The notes under the pieces are model-generated. The model was given only the letters and a program-made list of their open reading frames with translations, searched no databases and had not been told where the DNA came from. From Heptranchias perlo (lineage: Eukaryota): a stretch of 64,000 nucleotides of DNA. This document shows, piece after piece, positions 11,471 to 22,839 of the stretch; position 1 is the stretch's first letter; each line of letters begins with the position of its first letter. Made by a program: the position numbers and the translations under genes. Location of the stretch: positions 62,372,001 to 62,436,000 of the forward strand of contig NC_090329.1 of assembly GCF_035084215.1 (NCBI RefSeq), given 5' to 3'.

Positions 11471-12059
11471 TTCAATTAGTCCAAATGTTTCCTTTTTTAA
11501 AAAAAAATATTTAAAAAATCATACATAATTTCATCTGGTAATGAGGTCATCGTCTTTAAGTGATCTGCTGACATCCACAGATAAAAAGAAAAACTGTTGG
11601 AAATTACAAACAAAAGATGATGGAAATGACAGCAAAGCAGTCAGGAATTTATAGGGACAGAGGAATGGCTGAGACCCTTCTTCACAATTTAACTCTCAGA
11701 TGTTGACCAACTGCTGTGCATTTCCACCATTTTCTGTTAATCTCCATGTTTGCCTGGATCACAAAACTATTCATTTACAATTTTTGGTTCAAGTTTTATG
11801 AATAGAATGTGCTGCCATGAGTCAAGCGTAAGCATAAATGTATATACCCAGGCAGTGCTTATCATTAACCATTCTATCACACATTGGTAAACTTAAATTG
11901 TGAATCTTTATCATATTTATTTTGTTTGGTTATAAAATATCCTCTATTTTAAACTGTTGCTCCACTTAGGAAATCAAAATATAAAACATAATATGAAAAT
12001 GATCACAAAGCTTGATGTTTTAGATTGCTGTAATTAGCTTATATATTGTTGAGGACAAA

Positions 12060-14105
12060 GACAACAGTATACTGAACAGGTGGAAAGAATAAAATATGCA
12101 AATGGACTAGAAGCTGAGGATAAGCACAAAATAGGGAATATTCTGAATGAATATTTCCTCCAAGTATTCACAAGGGAAGAAATAAGCAACATCCCACCCC
12201 AAACAAAGATAATCAATGACTTCATTGTATATGAGATGGAATTGCTAGGGAGGCCATATGGGATCAAAACAAATACCCAGATTTAGATGGTATTTATACC
12301 AGAGAGACTAGGGGAGAGATTTGTACGGCATTGGCAATCATTATTATGGACACTGGGGAGGTATCATTAGATTGAAAACTAATGTGGTGCCCACATTCAA
12401 AAAGTGGGACAAAACAAACACAGGCAAATGAAAACCCAATTGTCATAAGAACATAAGTACATAAGAAATAGGAGCAGGAGTAGTAGGCCATTCAATAAGA
12501 TCATGGCTGATCTTCTACCTCAACTCCACTTTCTCACCATATCCCCATATCCCTTGATTCCCTGAGTCCAATAATCTATCGACTCAGTCTTGAATATACT
12601 CAATGACTGAGCATCCACAGCCCTCTGGAGTAGAGAATTCCAAAGAATCACAACCCTCTGAGTGAAGAAATGTTCCAACAGTTCGGTCCTAAATGGCCAA
12701 CCTCTTATCTTGAGACTATGTCCCCTAGTTCTAGACTCTCCAGCCAGGAGAAACAGCCTCTCAGCATCGACGCTATCAAGACCTCTAAGAATTTTATAGG
12801 TTTCAATGAGATCACCTCTCATTCTTCTAAAATCCAGAGAATATAGGCCCATTCTTCTCAATCTGTCCTCATAGGACAACCTTCTCATCCCAGAAATCAA
12901 TCTAGTGAACCTTCATTGCACCCCCTCTAAGGCAAGTATAACCTTCTTTAGGCAAGGAGACCAAAACCGTACACAGTTCTCCAGGTGTGGTCTCATCAGA
13001 GCCCTATATAATTGCAAGACCTCCTTACTCTTATACTCCAACCCCCTTGCAATAAAGGCGAACATACCATTTGCCTTCCTTACTGTACCTGCATGTTAAC
13101 TTTCTGTGATTCGCATACAAAGACACCCAAATCCCTCTGAATACCAACATTGCTTGGTCTCTCACCTTTTAAAAAATCTTCCTATTTTCTATTCTTCCTA
13201 CCAAAGTGAATAACCTCACATTTCCCCACATTATACTCCATCTGCCACCTTCTCGCCCACTCACTTAACCTGTTTATATCCCTTTGCAGCCTCTTTGTGT
13301 CCTCCTCACAGCTTACTTTCCCACCTAGCTTTGTATCATCAGCAAACTTGAATACATTACACTTGGTCCTTCATTAATCATTAATATAGATTGTAAATAT
13401 CTGAGGCCCAAGCTCTGATCCTTGCGGCACCCCACTAGTTACAGCCTTCCACCCCGAAAATGACTCGTTTAATCCTACTCTCTGTTTTCTGTCCGTTAAA
13501 CATTCCTCAATCCATGCAAATATATTATCCCCAATCCCATGAGCCCTAATCTTGTGTAACAATCTCTTGTGTGGCACCTTATCAAATGCCTTTTGAAAAT
13601 TCAAATATACTACATCCACTGATTCCCCCTTATCTACCCTGCTAGTTACACCCTCAAAAAACTTACTTTAATTCCTTGTAAAATAATGGAATTGATTATT
13701 AGAAGTAAACTTGAGAATCATCTGCACAACAATAACCTAGTTAACAGCAGTGAGTATGGATCTAGACAGGGCAGATCCTGTCTGACCATCCTCTTCTTTG
13801 AGGAAGTGACAACCCAATGAATGGTGGGAAGCCCTATGATGTGGTGTACCTCAACTTGGTATGGATAAACTTAACCCAGAATATCACTAGGGGATACAGG
13901 TTTAAAGTAGTAAAAGCTCATTTTAGGACTTATATAAGAAAATTCTTCTTCAGACAAAGAGTGATCAACATGTGGAAAAACCCTGAAATCATTTATGAAA
14001 CAACTGTATGCTACAATGGAGGTATGTTAGGATCTCTATGGATGGATGAATCGAATGGGCCAAATGACTTTTCTCATCTGAAATTAATTATCTTGTGATC
14101 TTATG
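12060..14105 (+). mobile_element. Old degraded CR1 LINE, interrupted at 12444-13661
   Basis: ILNEYFLQVFTREE motif before the insertion; LTLIPCKIMELIIRSKLENHL...GRSCLT resumes after it; 3' remnant FFRQRVINMW. Confidence 0.75.
12444..13661 (-). mobile_element. CR1 LINE, 5'-truncated, nested in older CR1
   Basis: ORFs 13374..13619 (YLNFQKAFDKVPH, SGVPQGS) and 12520..12900; CATAAGAA tail. Confidence 0.92.
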
Positions 14106-14769
14106 ATTAAAGACTTAAAACTCACACTGAAAGGTGTATTTACCAAGAAAGAAGACATCTGTAATCAGTGGATATCCGAAAACTGTCAAACTATTGGACT
14201 ACCCTTTGAACCAGAGCATAGTCCAACAGTTCTGACGTTTATCGTATATGTGGAACAGTGTAATCCAACAGTTAATTCAGTAATATAAGTTAGGAGGAGT
14301 ATAAAAAGTTTAGTGCAGTAAAACAGTGTAAATGCATCTATGGTATTGGCTAGAAGGGAGACAAAAATGATTGCCAAAAAATCAGGAAGAAAACAATATG
14401 CAACTTGCTGAGAAAGTACCTCAAAGGCCAGAAGCACTGCACCGCAGAGAAAGACAGAACTGTTCGCTAACCAAAGGCAATATTTTTTATATTAATATCA
14501 TCCAAGTTATAGACTTAAATGTAACACAGAAGTGCTGCCTGTTAGTTTGATATATAAACTGAAAATAATAAACTTTGGCAAACATGTGTTGTAATCCTTG
14601 AAACTGTTATGCAATTTCAAGTTTAACCCAGCTAATGAACAAGAAACAAAAAACTGCTGGAAACCTGAAACAAAAACAGAAAATGCTGGAAACACTCAGG
14701 CAGCATCGGTGGAGAGAACAGTCAAGTTAACGTTTCAGGTGCAGATGCTTTCTCCAACCAGCCTGCCAC

Positions 14770-15760
14770 CTCTGCACACCAGATGATTAAGAATAAAAAG
14801 TGTTGGGGACGGGTGGATTTCACAAGGCTGCAGAACAAGAGAGTGTTCGTAAACTGGCTCAATATTTTATTCAAAGCCACAGTGCCGTGCAACACTCTGA
14901 GTGTGCAGCATCCAATTGTACAGGAAATCCCACCATGCAGAGTGGAATGGCACGGAGGGAATTTCCAAGAGAAGGCTCAAGTTGTGAGGCGGAGGTTCCT
15001 GAGGGAGGTTTTGGAGCTTTGTGTCGATGAGCACTCCATCCAAACGGGGGTGAGATCGGACGGAACCGCTCCACAAACTTTAACCTTCCTCAATACACTG
15101 CACTGAGTCAGGGCCGAAAGAAGACTTTGTTTCCTGGATAGCTCTGGCCACAAGGTTGATGTAACACGAAGACATCTGGGCAGCTAATGCATCTGGCAAT
15201 ATCCACCCTACCCCATTACCATCCAGTAGGACCCTAACTCTGATTACTTTTGCAACAAGGCTATTCACTCCACCAGCCTCATGTTACTAAATCCGAACAC
15301 GGGCAGCTCTGAGGAGCGGCTCCACCAGGATCGCCGCCTCCTTGTTTGGGAGCGAGCCCTGCAGGAAGCAACCAAATTCCAAACCTTTAGTATGTCCCAG
15401 TAGAAGACAGGCAGTTTCTGCAAAGATGCAGTCAATCCCTGCAATCAGGCCAAGAAACTGGTGGAAGAAAAAAATCACCAGCGCACACCGCAGTGAAGGA
15501 TTCTCAGCTTATAGGTATGTCTGTGGGGCTGGACCACCAGTTGGTTAATGACTAATGTTCTACCCAGAGGAGCACTCCATCAGCTTCCTGCAGAAGCCTA
15601 CTAGTTTGCACAATTAGGCTGTCAAGGAGCCCATGATAAGGAGTCAAACTGCCTGTGGCCATCTCAGGATTTGGGGGCTCTGACAGAAGGTCCACCTTCA
15701 TCCCAAGAGGTTCATAATATTTTGTGGCAGCCATCTACATTTCAGACCCCAGGCCCTCTG
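14770..15760 (-). mobile_element. Tx1 (L1-group) LINE remnant
   Basis: Frameshifted peptides LRVLHGTVALNKILSQF...FC (zf-RVT-like) and ILVEPLLRAAR resemble the Tx1 ORF2 C-terminus. Confidence 0.55.
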
Positions 15761-16349
15761 GTGACACATAGAAGTTTCAGAGCAGTGCACCAAAAAACTT
15801 GTGTGGTCACAAGGAATGTGCATGGTGACAGAACTAAATGATGTGTTTGTAAATATTCGTAATAAATTACAAGAATATTTGATGTAAGCAACAACAATAA
15901 CAGCAACAAGTTGCATTTACATAGCACCTTTAACGTAGTAACACGTCCAAAATTTGATACCGAGCCACATAAGGAGATATTAGGGCAGGTGACCAAAAGC
16001 TTGATCAGAGAGGTAGGTGTTAAGGAGCATCTTAAAGGAGGAGAGAGAGGTAGTTAGGCAGATAGATTTAGGGAGGGAATTCCAGAGCTCAGGGCCTAGG
16101 CAGCTGAAGCGCAAGAGGCAAGAATTGGAGAAATGCAGAGATCTCGGACGGTTGTAGGGCTGGAGGAGGTTTTTAAGATAGGGAGAGGTGAGGCCATGGA
16201 GAGATTTGAAAACAAGGATGAGAATTTTAAAATCGAGCCGTTCCCGGACCGAGAACTAATGAAGGTCAGTGAGCACAGGGGTGATAGGAGAACGGGACTC
16301 AGTGCAAGTTAGGATACAGGCAGCAGAATTTTGGATGAGCCCAAGTTAA

Positions 16350-18866
16350 GATCATAAGACCATAAAAGATAGGAGCAGGAGTAGGCCATTCGGCCCCTCA
16401 AGCCTGCTCCGCCATTCAATGAGATAATGGCTGATCTGATTTTTACCTCAATTCCACTTTCCTGCCCTTTCCCCATATCCTTTGACTCCCTTGCTGATCA
16501 AAAATTTGTCTAACTCAGCCTTGAATTTATTCAATGACTCAGCCTCCACAGCTTTTTTGGGGTAAAGAATTCCAAAGATTCACAACCCTCTGGGAGAAGA
16601 AATTCCTCCTCATTTCCGACTTAAACAGGTGACCCCTTATTCTGAGACTATGCCCCCTAGTTTAAGATTCCCCCATGAGGGGTAACATCCTCTCGGCATC
16701 TACCCTATCAAGTCCCCTCATAATTTTGTATGTTTCAATAAGATCACCTCTGATTCTTCTAAACTCCAATGAGTACAGACCCAATCTGTTCAGTCTTTCC
16801 TCATAAGACAACCCTTCCATACCCGGAATCAACCTAGTGAACCTTCTCTGATCTGCCTCCAATGCAAGTATGTCCTTCCTTAAATAAGGGCACCAGAACT
16901 GTATGCAGTACTCCAGGTGTGGTCTCACCAGCACCCTGTACAGTTGTAGCATGACTTCCCTGCTTTTATACTCCATCCCCCTAGATATAAAGGCCAATAT
17001 TCCGTTTGCCTTCCGGATTACCTGCTGCACCTGTATGTTGACTTTTTGTGTTTCATGTACGAGGACACCCAGATCCCTCTGTACCGCAGCATTTTGTAGT
17101 ATTTCTCCATTCAAATAATATTTTGCTTTTTTACTTTTCCTCCCAAAGTGGATGACATCACATTTTCCCACATTATATTCCATCTGCCAAATTTTTGCCC
17201 ATTTGCTTAACCTGTCAATATCCCTTTGCAGACACGTTGGGCTCGATATTACCAGGGCGGCTGGTTCGCGGCAGGGGGGGGCGATTGGGCGCGTGGGTAA
17301 CGCGCCCGGTGAAATCAGTCTGCCCTGCGCACGATCACAGCCTAATTGGATCCACTTACCTGATCTTCTGGGTTCCCCGCTGCTGAGCTGCGCGCCGGGT
17401 GAACTGCACATGCGCAGTAAGGTCTGTCAGCTGGAGGAGCTCTATTTAAAGGGGCAGTCCTCCACTGACTGATGCTGCAAGAAATAGGAAAAGTTACAGC
17501 ATGGAGCAGCCCAGGGGGAAGGCTGCTCCCAGGTTTAATGATGCCTCACTCCAGGTATCATTGGATGTGGTGAGGAGGAGGGGTAGGACAGAGACCTTGC
17601 CCCCGGCGGGCGGGAGGGAGCGGCCTGCCTCTGCCACCAAGAAGGCCTGGCTCGAGGTGGCACAGGAGGTCACCTGCACCACCAACACATCTAATCTGTT
17701 TACACAGTCCACTTTAGCCAATTCCACCCTCATTCCTTTATAATTGCCCTTATTTAAGTTTAATACAGTAGTTTCAGACCCAAGATCCTCGCTCTCAAAC
17801 TGGATGTGAAATTCTATCATGTTATGATCACTGCTTCCCAAGGGATCCTTTACTTTGAGATCATTAATTAATCCTGTTTCGTTAACCATTACCAGATCCA
17901 AAAATGACCTGTTCCCTGGTTGGTTCCCCGACGCATTGGTCTAAGAAACAGTCCCTAATACACTCTATGAACTCCTCCTCAGGGCTATTTTTGCCAATTT
18001 GATTTGTCCAATCTATGTGAAAGTTAAAATCGCCCATGATTATTGCATTACCTTTTTTACAAGCCCCCCTAATTTCCTAATTTATATTTTGCCCTACAGT
18101 GTAGCTACTTTTAGGGGGCCTATATACTACTCCCACCAGTGATTTCTTTCCCTTGCTATTTCTTACCTCCACCCAAATTGATTCGACATCTTGATCTTCT
18201 GAGCCAAGATCATTTCTCACTATTATATCAATTTCATCCTTTATTAACAGAGCTACCCCACCACCTTTACCTTTTCTCCTATCCTTCTGAAATGTTAAAT
18301 AACCTTGAATATTTAGCTCCCAACCTTGGTCACCTTGCAACCACGTCTGTAATGGCCACGAGATCATACCCATTTGTTTCTATTTATGCTGTCAATTCAT
18401 CTATCTTATTATGAATGCTGCGCACATTCAGATAAAGAATCTTTAATTTTGACTTTTTACCATTCTTTCCTACCCCGGCCCCATTTGCTAGCGCACTCGT
18501 ATGTTTGTACACTCTGTCCCTTCCTGACACACTCTGTTTATCATTACCCCCATCACTTTCCTGTACTACTTCCTTGCCTTTTCTCTTTATCAATCTAAAC
18601 TTTGCCCCACCTGAGCCCTCCCCCACTCTATTTAGTTTAAAGCCTTCTCTACCGCCCTAGTTATTCAGTTTGCCAGAACTCTGGTCCCAGCTTGGTTCAG
18701 ATGAAGCCTGTACCAACGGAACAGCTCCCTCTTTCCCCAGTACCGATGCCAGTGCCCCATGAATCAAAACCCACTTCTCCCACACCAATCTTTGAGCCAC
18801 GCATTCATCTCTCTGATCTGATTTACCCTGTGCCAATTTGTTCATGGCTCAGGTAATAATCTGGAT
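16350..18866 (-). mobile_element. CR1 LINE (RT C-terminus, APE endonuclease, ORF1 end) with internal deletion
   Basis: ORFs 16662..17411, 17494..17901 (LGSSDHNMIEF), 18077..18373 (GGGVAL, GVVYRPP), 18384..18626 (LKILYLNVRSIHNK). Confidence 0.9.
17239..17687 (+). mobile_element. PIF/Harbinger fragment encoding Myb/SANT-like accessory protein N-terminus
   Basis: ORF at 17501 MEQPRGKAAPRFNDASLQVSLDVV...TKKAWLEVAQEV; upstream TATTTAAA; GC-rich left terminus. Confidence 0.7.
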
Positions 18867-19489
18867 GTTTATAGATGGTGGAAGATGGGAGGCCAGCTAG
18901 GACAGCTTTGGAATAGTCAAGTCTAGAGGTAACAAAGGCATGGATGTGAGTTTCAGCAGCAGATGAGCTGAGGCAGGGGCGGAGACGGACGATGTTATGG
19001 AGGTGGGAGTAGGTGGTCTTGGTGATGGAGCGGATATGTGGTCAGAAGCTAATCTCATGCTCAAATGGGACCCCAAGATTGTGAATGATCTGGTTCAGCC
19101 TCACAGAGTGGCCAGGGAGTGGGATGCTGTCAGTGGCTAGGGAACAGAGTTTGCGGCAGGGACCAAAGACATTGGCTCTGATCTTCCCAATATTTAGTTG
19201 GAGGAAATTTTTGCTCATCCAGTACTGGATGTCGGACCTGCAGTATGACAAATGAGAGACAGTGGAGGGGTCCAAGAGAGGTGGTGGTGAGGTAGAGCTG
19301 GGTGTCGTCAGTGTACATGTGGAACCTGACGTTGCTTGATGTTTGGTTCTCTTGTATGATAATGGGGAACAGGTAATATGCTGATGTTTAAGTTCTGGAT
19401 TAGGATGTGATGGTTGACAGTGAGAAGCACGGATTTTATATTGATCATAGGGAGTTTGGATAGAGGAGGCCAACCATTGATGTGCTAAG

Positions 19490-19915
19490 ACTTCCAAATA
19501 ATAGTACTCTATTCATCTATGATGGTGTGCAAAATGAGTCTGTCTCTCACCTGTCCAGCAGCCAATGCCACTGCATCTGTTTCCTGTTCTTCATGGGCTG
19601 GGTCTACAGCATCAGCAATGTCATCATCAGGTTCTCTGGCATCCTCCGGGACATCTACCATCAGTCCATTCCTGATTGGCGGAGGCACAGTACAGCACGG
19701 CACAATACGGCACGGACTCGATGGGCAGAATGGCCTCCTTCCTGCTGTAACCTTTCTATGATTCTATGATTGCAAAATTGTGAAATACACAACATGCTAC
19801 CACAATTTGTTAGACAGTGCTGGACATATTCTGCAAGGCAACCCCGGAATTATCCAAATACTGGAACCTTCCATTGAGCATCCAAACGGTTTGCTGAATT
19901 CTTAACCTGGTCTTT
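19490..19915 (-). mobile_element. Harbinger (HARBI1-like) transposase remnant interrupted by a CR1 tail
   Basis: TVWMLNGRFQYLDNSGVALQ and an acidic tail ending AGQVRDRLI resemble the DDE_Tnp_4 C-terminus. Confidence 0.55.
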
Positions 19916-20679
19916 ATGTGTGCATCAGGGTGGGGGAGGGGAAACAGCAGGTCCGGCAAGAAATATAAAAGATGACGTTCAACTGGCCTGCTAGCAGCAG
20001 TACCCGGGAGATTCATGCCCCATTCCTAGAGACTTCTGGACAATCAGAGAGGGATGGCAACCCTACCTGCAGTGAGTCCCAAGATATGGCCAAAAGTCTC
20101 CATTAGGTATCTCAGTGAACAGTGTCCCTTTAATGAAGTACTTCCATCTTATGAAGTCCTAGTAAGCTGTGCCTTTTAAACACTGGTGCACATTGTCACG
20201 GGCAGATGGGAAAACATGAATCCTGGGATTTAGGATGATGTCATCCTGTCCTAAGTCCGTCGGTTGCATGTGGCTGTGACTGTGAGGTTAGGCGCTTCTT
20301 CAGGCTGCCCTGAAACTGGACAGAATTTCTAGTGGAATCCCTTAATAAATCGGCCCCACCAGAAATTTCTACTCCCATCCCCCAGAGATGCTAATTTTGG
20401 CTTGCGCCTTACCACAACCAAAGAATTTTACGGCTATATAATTCAAAGTACTCTGCCCAGGCTTAAGTTGAGAAGGGGATTTTTTTTTTAGACTTTTAAT
20501 GAAAATTTCACACACCCACTATTAGGCTTTGCTGAAATCCTAATGCTAATGCAAATCATTCAATCTGGCATTCAACAATATTCCTGGAAGCATATTTTCT
20601 TCTGTGTGTAAAGTTAAAGGATAAAATTGTAATTCCTTCATACAGTTCAGGAAAAACATTTTTTCATTTTATTCATTAG

Positions 20680-20937
20680 AGCTAGGCCATTAAGGGGTGA
20701 TGTCTGGAAGCACTTCTTCACACAAAGAGTTGTGGAAATCTGGAACTCCCTGCCCCAAAGACCTGTTGAGGCTCGGCCAATGGAAAATTTCAAAACTGAG
20801 ATTGATAGATTTTTTTTAGGCAAGGGTATGACGGGTTACTGAACTAAGGGGGAATAGATGGAGTTAAGATACAGATCAGCCATGATCTAATTGAATGGCG
20901 GAACAGGCTCGAGAGACTGAAAGGTCTACTCCTGTTC
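20680..20937 (+). mobile_element. CR1 3' fragment abutting CDC5L promoter
   Basis: cacttcttcacacaaagagttgtggaaatctggaactccct and tail ctactcctgttcc. Confidence 0.85.
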
Positions 20938-20999
20938 CTAGAGGAAAATCCACCGGTGCAGGTTAGGGTGGGGGTGATGGATGTACCTGGGTGCAGTGA

Positions 21000-21330
21000 C
21001 AGTCAGCCTGCCTAGAGGGAGCACACGCCCTGGGAGTGAGGGCGGCGGCGGCGGCATGTGGCCGTCTTGCTGCAGGGGAAGCGGAGGTCGCTCTTTGTTG
21101 GGCCTCGGTTGTTGGTGTGTGCGCAGGGCCGAAGCCTGCGTCCCCCCTGGGCCGGGATCCAGCTGCTGAGAAACCCAACGGGTTCCCCCTTTTCTTCTCG
21201 CTCTGCTGTCGGAGGATCTCCTCCGGCCCGTCGCCAAGCGCCAGGATGCCGCGGATAATGATCAAGGGAGGAGTCTGGAGGAACACGGAGGTGAGCGGCC
21301 GCTGGCGGGCCTGCGCCACACGGGCCGGGG
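21000..21330 (+). promoter_or_regulatory. CDC5L: CDC5L CpG island / promoter and 5' UTR
   Basis: GC- and CpG-rich stretch with (GGC)n immediately upstream of the ATG. Confidence 0.7.
21246..21290 (+). CDS. CDC5L: CDC5L exon 1
   Basis: MPRIMIKGGVWRNTE, donor GAG|GTGAGC. Confidence 0.97.
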
Positions 21331-21331
21331 C

Positions 21332-22085
21332 GGGGCCGGGGACCCGGGCCACTGACCCTGTCCTCGGGCCGGGGACCCGGGCCACTGACCCTGTCCTGGG
21401 GCCGGGGACCCGGGCCGCTGTCCGCTGTCCTGGGGCCGGGGACCCGGGCCGCTGTCCCCTGTCCTGGGGCCGGGGACCCGGGCCGCTGTCCCCTGTCCTG
21501 GGGCCGGGGACCCGGGCCGCTGTCCCCTGTCCTGGGGCCGGGGACCCGGGCCGCTGTCCCCTGTCCTGGGGCCGGGGACCCGGGCCGCTGTCCGCTGTCC
21601 TGGGGCCGGGGACCCGGGCCGCTGTCCGCTGTCCTGGGGCCGGGGACCCGGGCCGCTGTCCGCTGTCCTGGGGCCGGGGACCCGGGCCGCTGTCCGCTGT
21701 CCTGGGGCCGGGGACCCGGGCCGCTGTCCGCTGTCCTGGGGCCGGGGACCCGGGCCGCTGTCCCCTGTCCTGGGGCCGGGGACCCGGGCCGCTGTCCGCT
21801 GTCCCCTGTCCTGGGGCCGGGGACCCGGGCCGCTGTCCGCTGTCCCCTGTCCTGGGGCCGGGGACCCGGGCCGCTGTCCGCTGTCCTTTGTCCTGGGGCC
21901 GGGGACCCGGGCCGCTGTCCGCTGTCCTTTGTCCTGGGGCCGGGGACCCGGGCCGCTGTCCGCTGTCCTTTGTCCTGGGGCCGGGGACCCGGGCCGCTGT
22001 CCGCTGTCCTTTGTCCTGGGGCCGGGGACCCGGGCCGCTGTCCGCTGTCCTTTGTCCTGGGGCCGGGGACCCGGGCCGCTGTCCC
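21332..22085. repeat. GC-rich minisatellite, 34-bp and 41-bp units, about 21 copies
   Basis: Unit cctggggccggggacccgggccgctgtccgctgt; later copies gain 7 bp (cccctgt or cctttgt). Confidence 0.97.
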
Positions 22086-22164
22086 TGCCATGGGGCTGTG
22101 TTTAACTATCGAGTGGTATTTTTAAGGGCTTCCTGTCTTTAAGGAAGAGGGTGACCGGATCATG

Positions 22165-22272
22165 AGATTTGTAAACAATTTTACAACACCAAGTTATAGT
22201 CCAGCAATTTTATTTTAAATTCACAAGCTTTCGGAGGCTACCTCCTTCCTCAGGTGAACGATGTGGAAATCA
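22165..22272 (-). mobile_element. Penelope-like element terminal fragment
   Basis: Hammerhead motif followed on the minus strand by AATAAA and ggactataacttggtgttgtaaaattgtttaca; related copy at 3264. Confidence 0.65.
22220..22258 (-). ncRNA. Minimal type I hammerhead ribozyme motif
   Basis: UUCAC-CUGAGGA-A-GGAGG-UAG-CCUCC-GAAA-GC-UU-GUGAA: core CUGANGA/GAAA, stems I and II pair perfectly, palindromic AAGCUU in place of stem III. Confidence 0.7.
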
Positions 22273-22559
22273 GGATCATGAGATGTTCTTTCAGTTCTAT
22301 CTACTGACTGACGAGTCAAGTCTGGGAACCGCGAGAGATGTTCTGCTGGGAATCAGTTGCTTCACCTAATGTGTGGCTCACTGAGTTTCTCTACCTGCTC
22401 AGCTTGGACTGGTCTTTTTAAGTGCACCACCCCAGTATGCAGGTGATGCTATTCCAATCTGTTCAGAGCCCAATGCCCGCCCAGTCCGAGCTTTCTCAAG
22501 GTGTCTTTATCTCTGTTTCCTATCTAGAGAGAGACACCTGCCGTTTTTGACCTCAAAGT

Positions 22560-22835
22560 AACTCACTTCCTTAGAAGTGAGTCGGTTGTCCATCATGTAA
22601 ACGACGTGGTTGACTTAATGCTGTTGAGCATTGTTTTGATGCCAGTTGTATTGGTTTCAGAAAGGACTTCCGATGCACCACGTCATGGTTGATGCATGTG
22701 AAGTTTGTTCAGTTTCTTCACCTGACATTGTTGCACAGCCATACCCCACAGCAGTGGAGAGTTGGGAGAATTGCTGTGTTGTAGACTTTAAGTTTGGTCT
22801 TCAAGATGATGCCATGCTGACTCCATATGTGTTCA
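22560..22835 (-). mobile_element. RTE LINE remnant
   Basis: HGIILKTKLKVYNTAILPTL-type RTE C-terminal peptide. Confidence 0.55.
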
Positions 22836-22839
22836 TGTA

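Larger units (their letters stand above)
15890..19335 (-). mobile_element. L2 LINE split by a CR1 insertion (pieces about 15890-16347 and 18867-19335)
   Basis: MYTDDTQLY and DIQYWMSKNFLQLNIGK RT motifs; 3' end with AAC-rich tail near 15890; sequence is contiguous across the insertion. Confidence 0.8.

Noticed and set aside
21332-22085. CRISPR-like regular repeats
   Set aside because: Head-to-tail units without unique spacers, no cas genes, eukaryotic intron
21012-22142. Long ORFs of 359 aa (-) and 368 aa (+)
   Set aside because: Stop-free readthrough of the GC-rich minisatellite; only 21246-21290 is real CDC5L coding sequence
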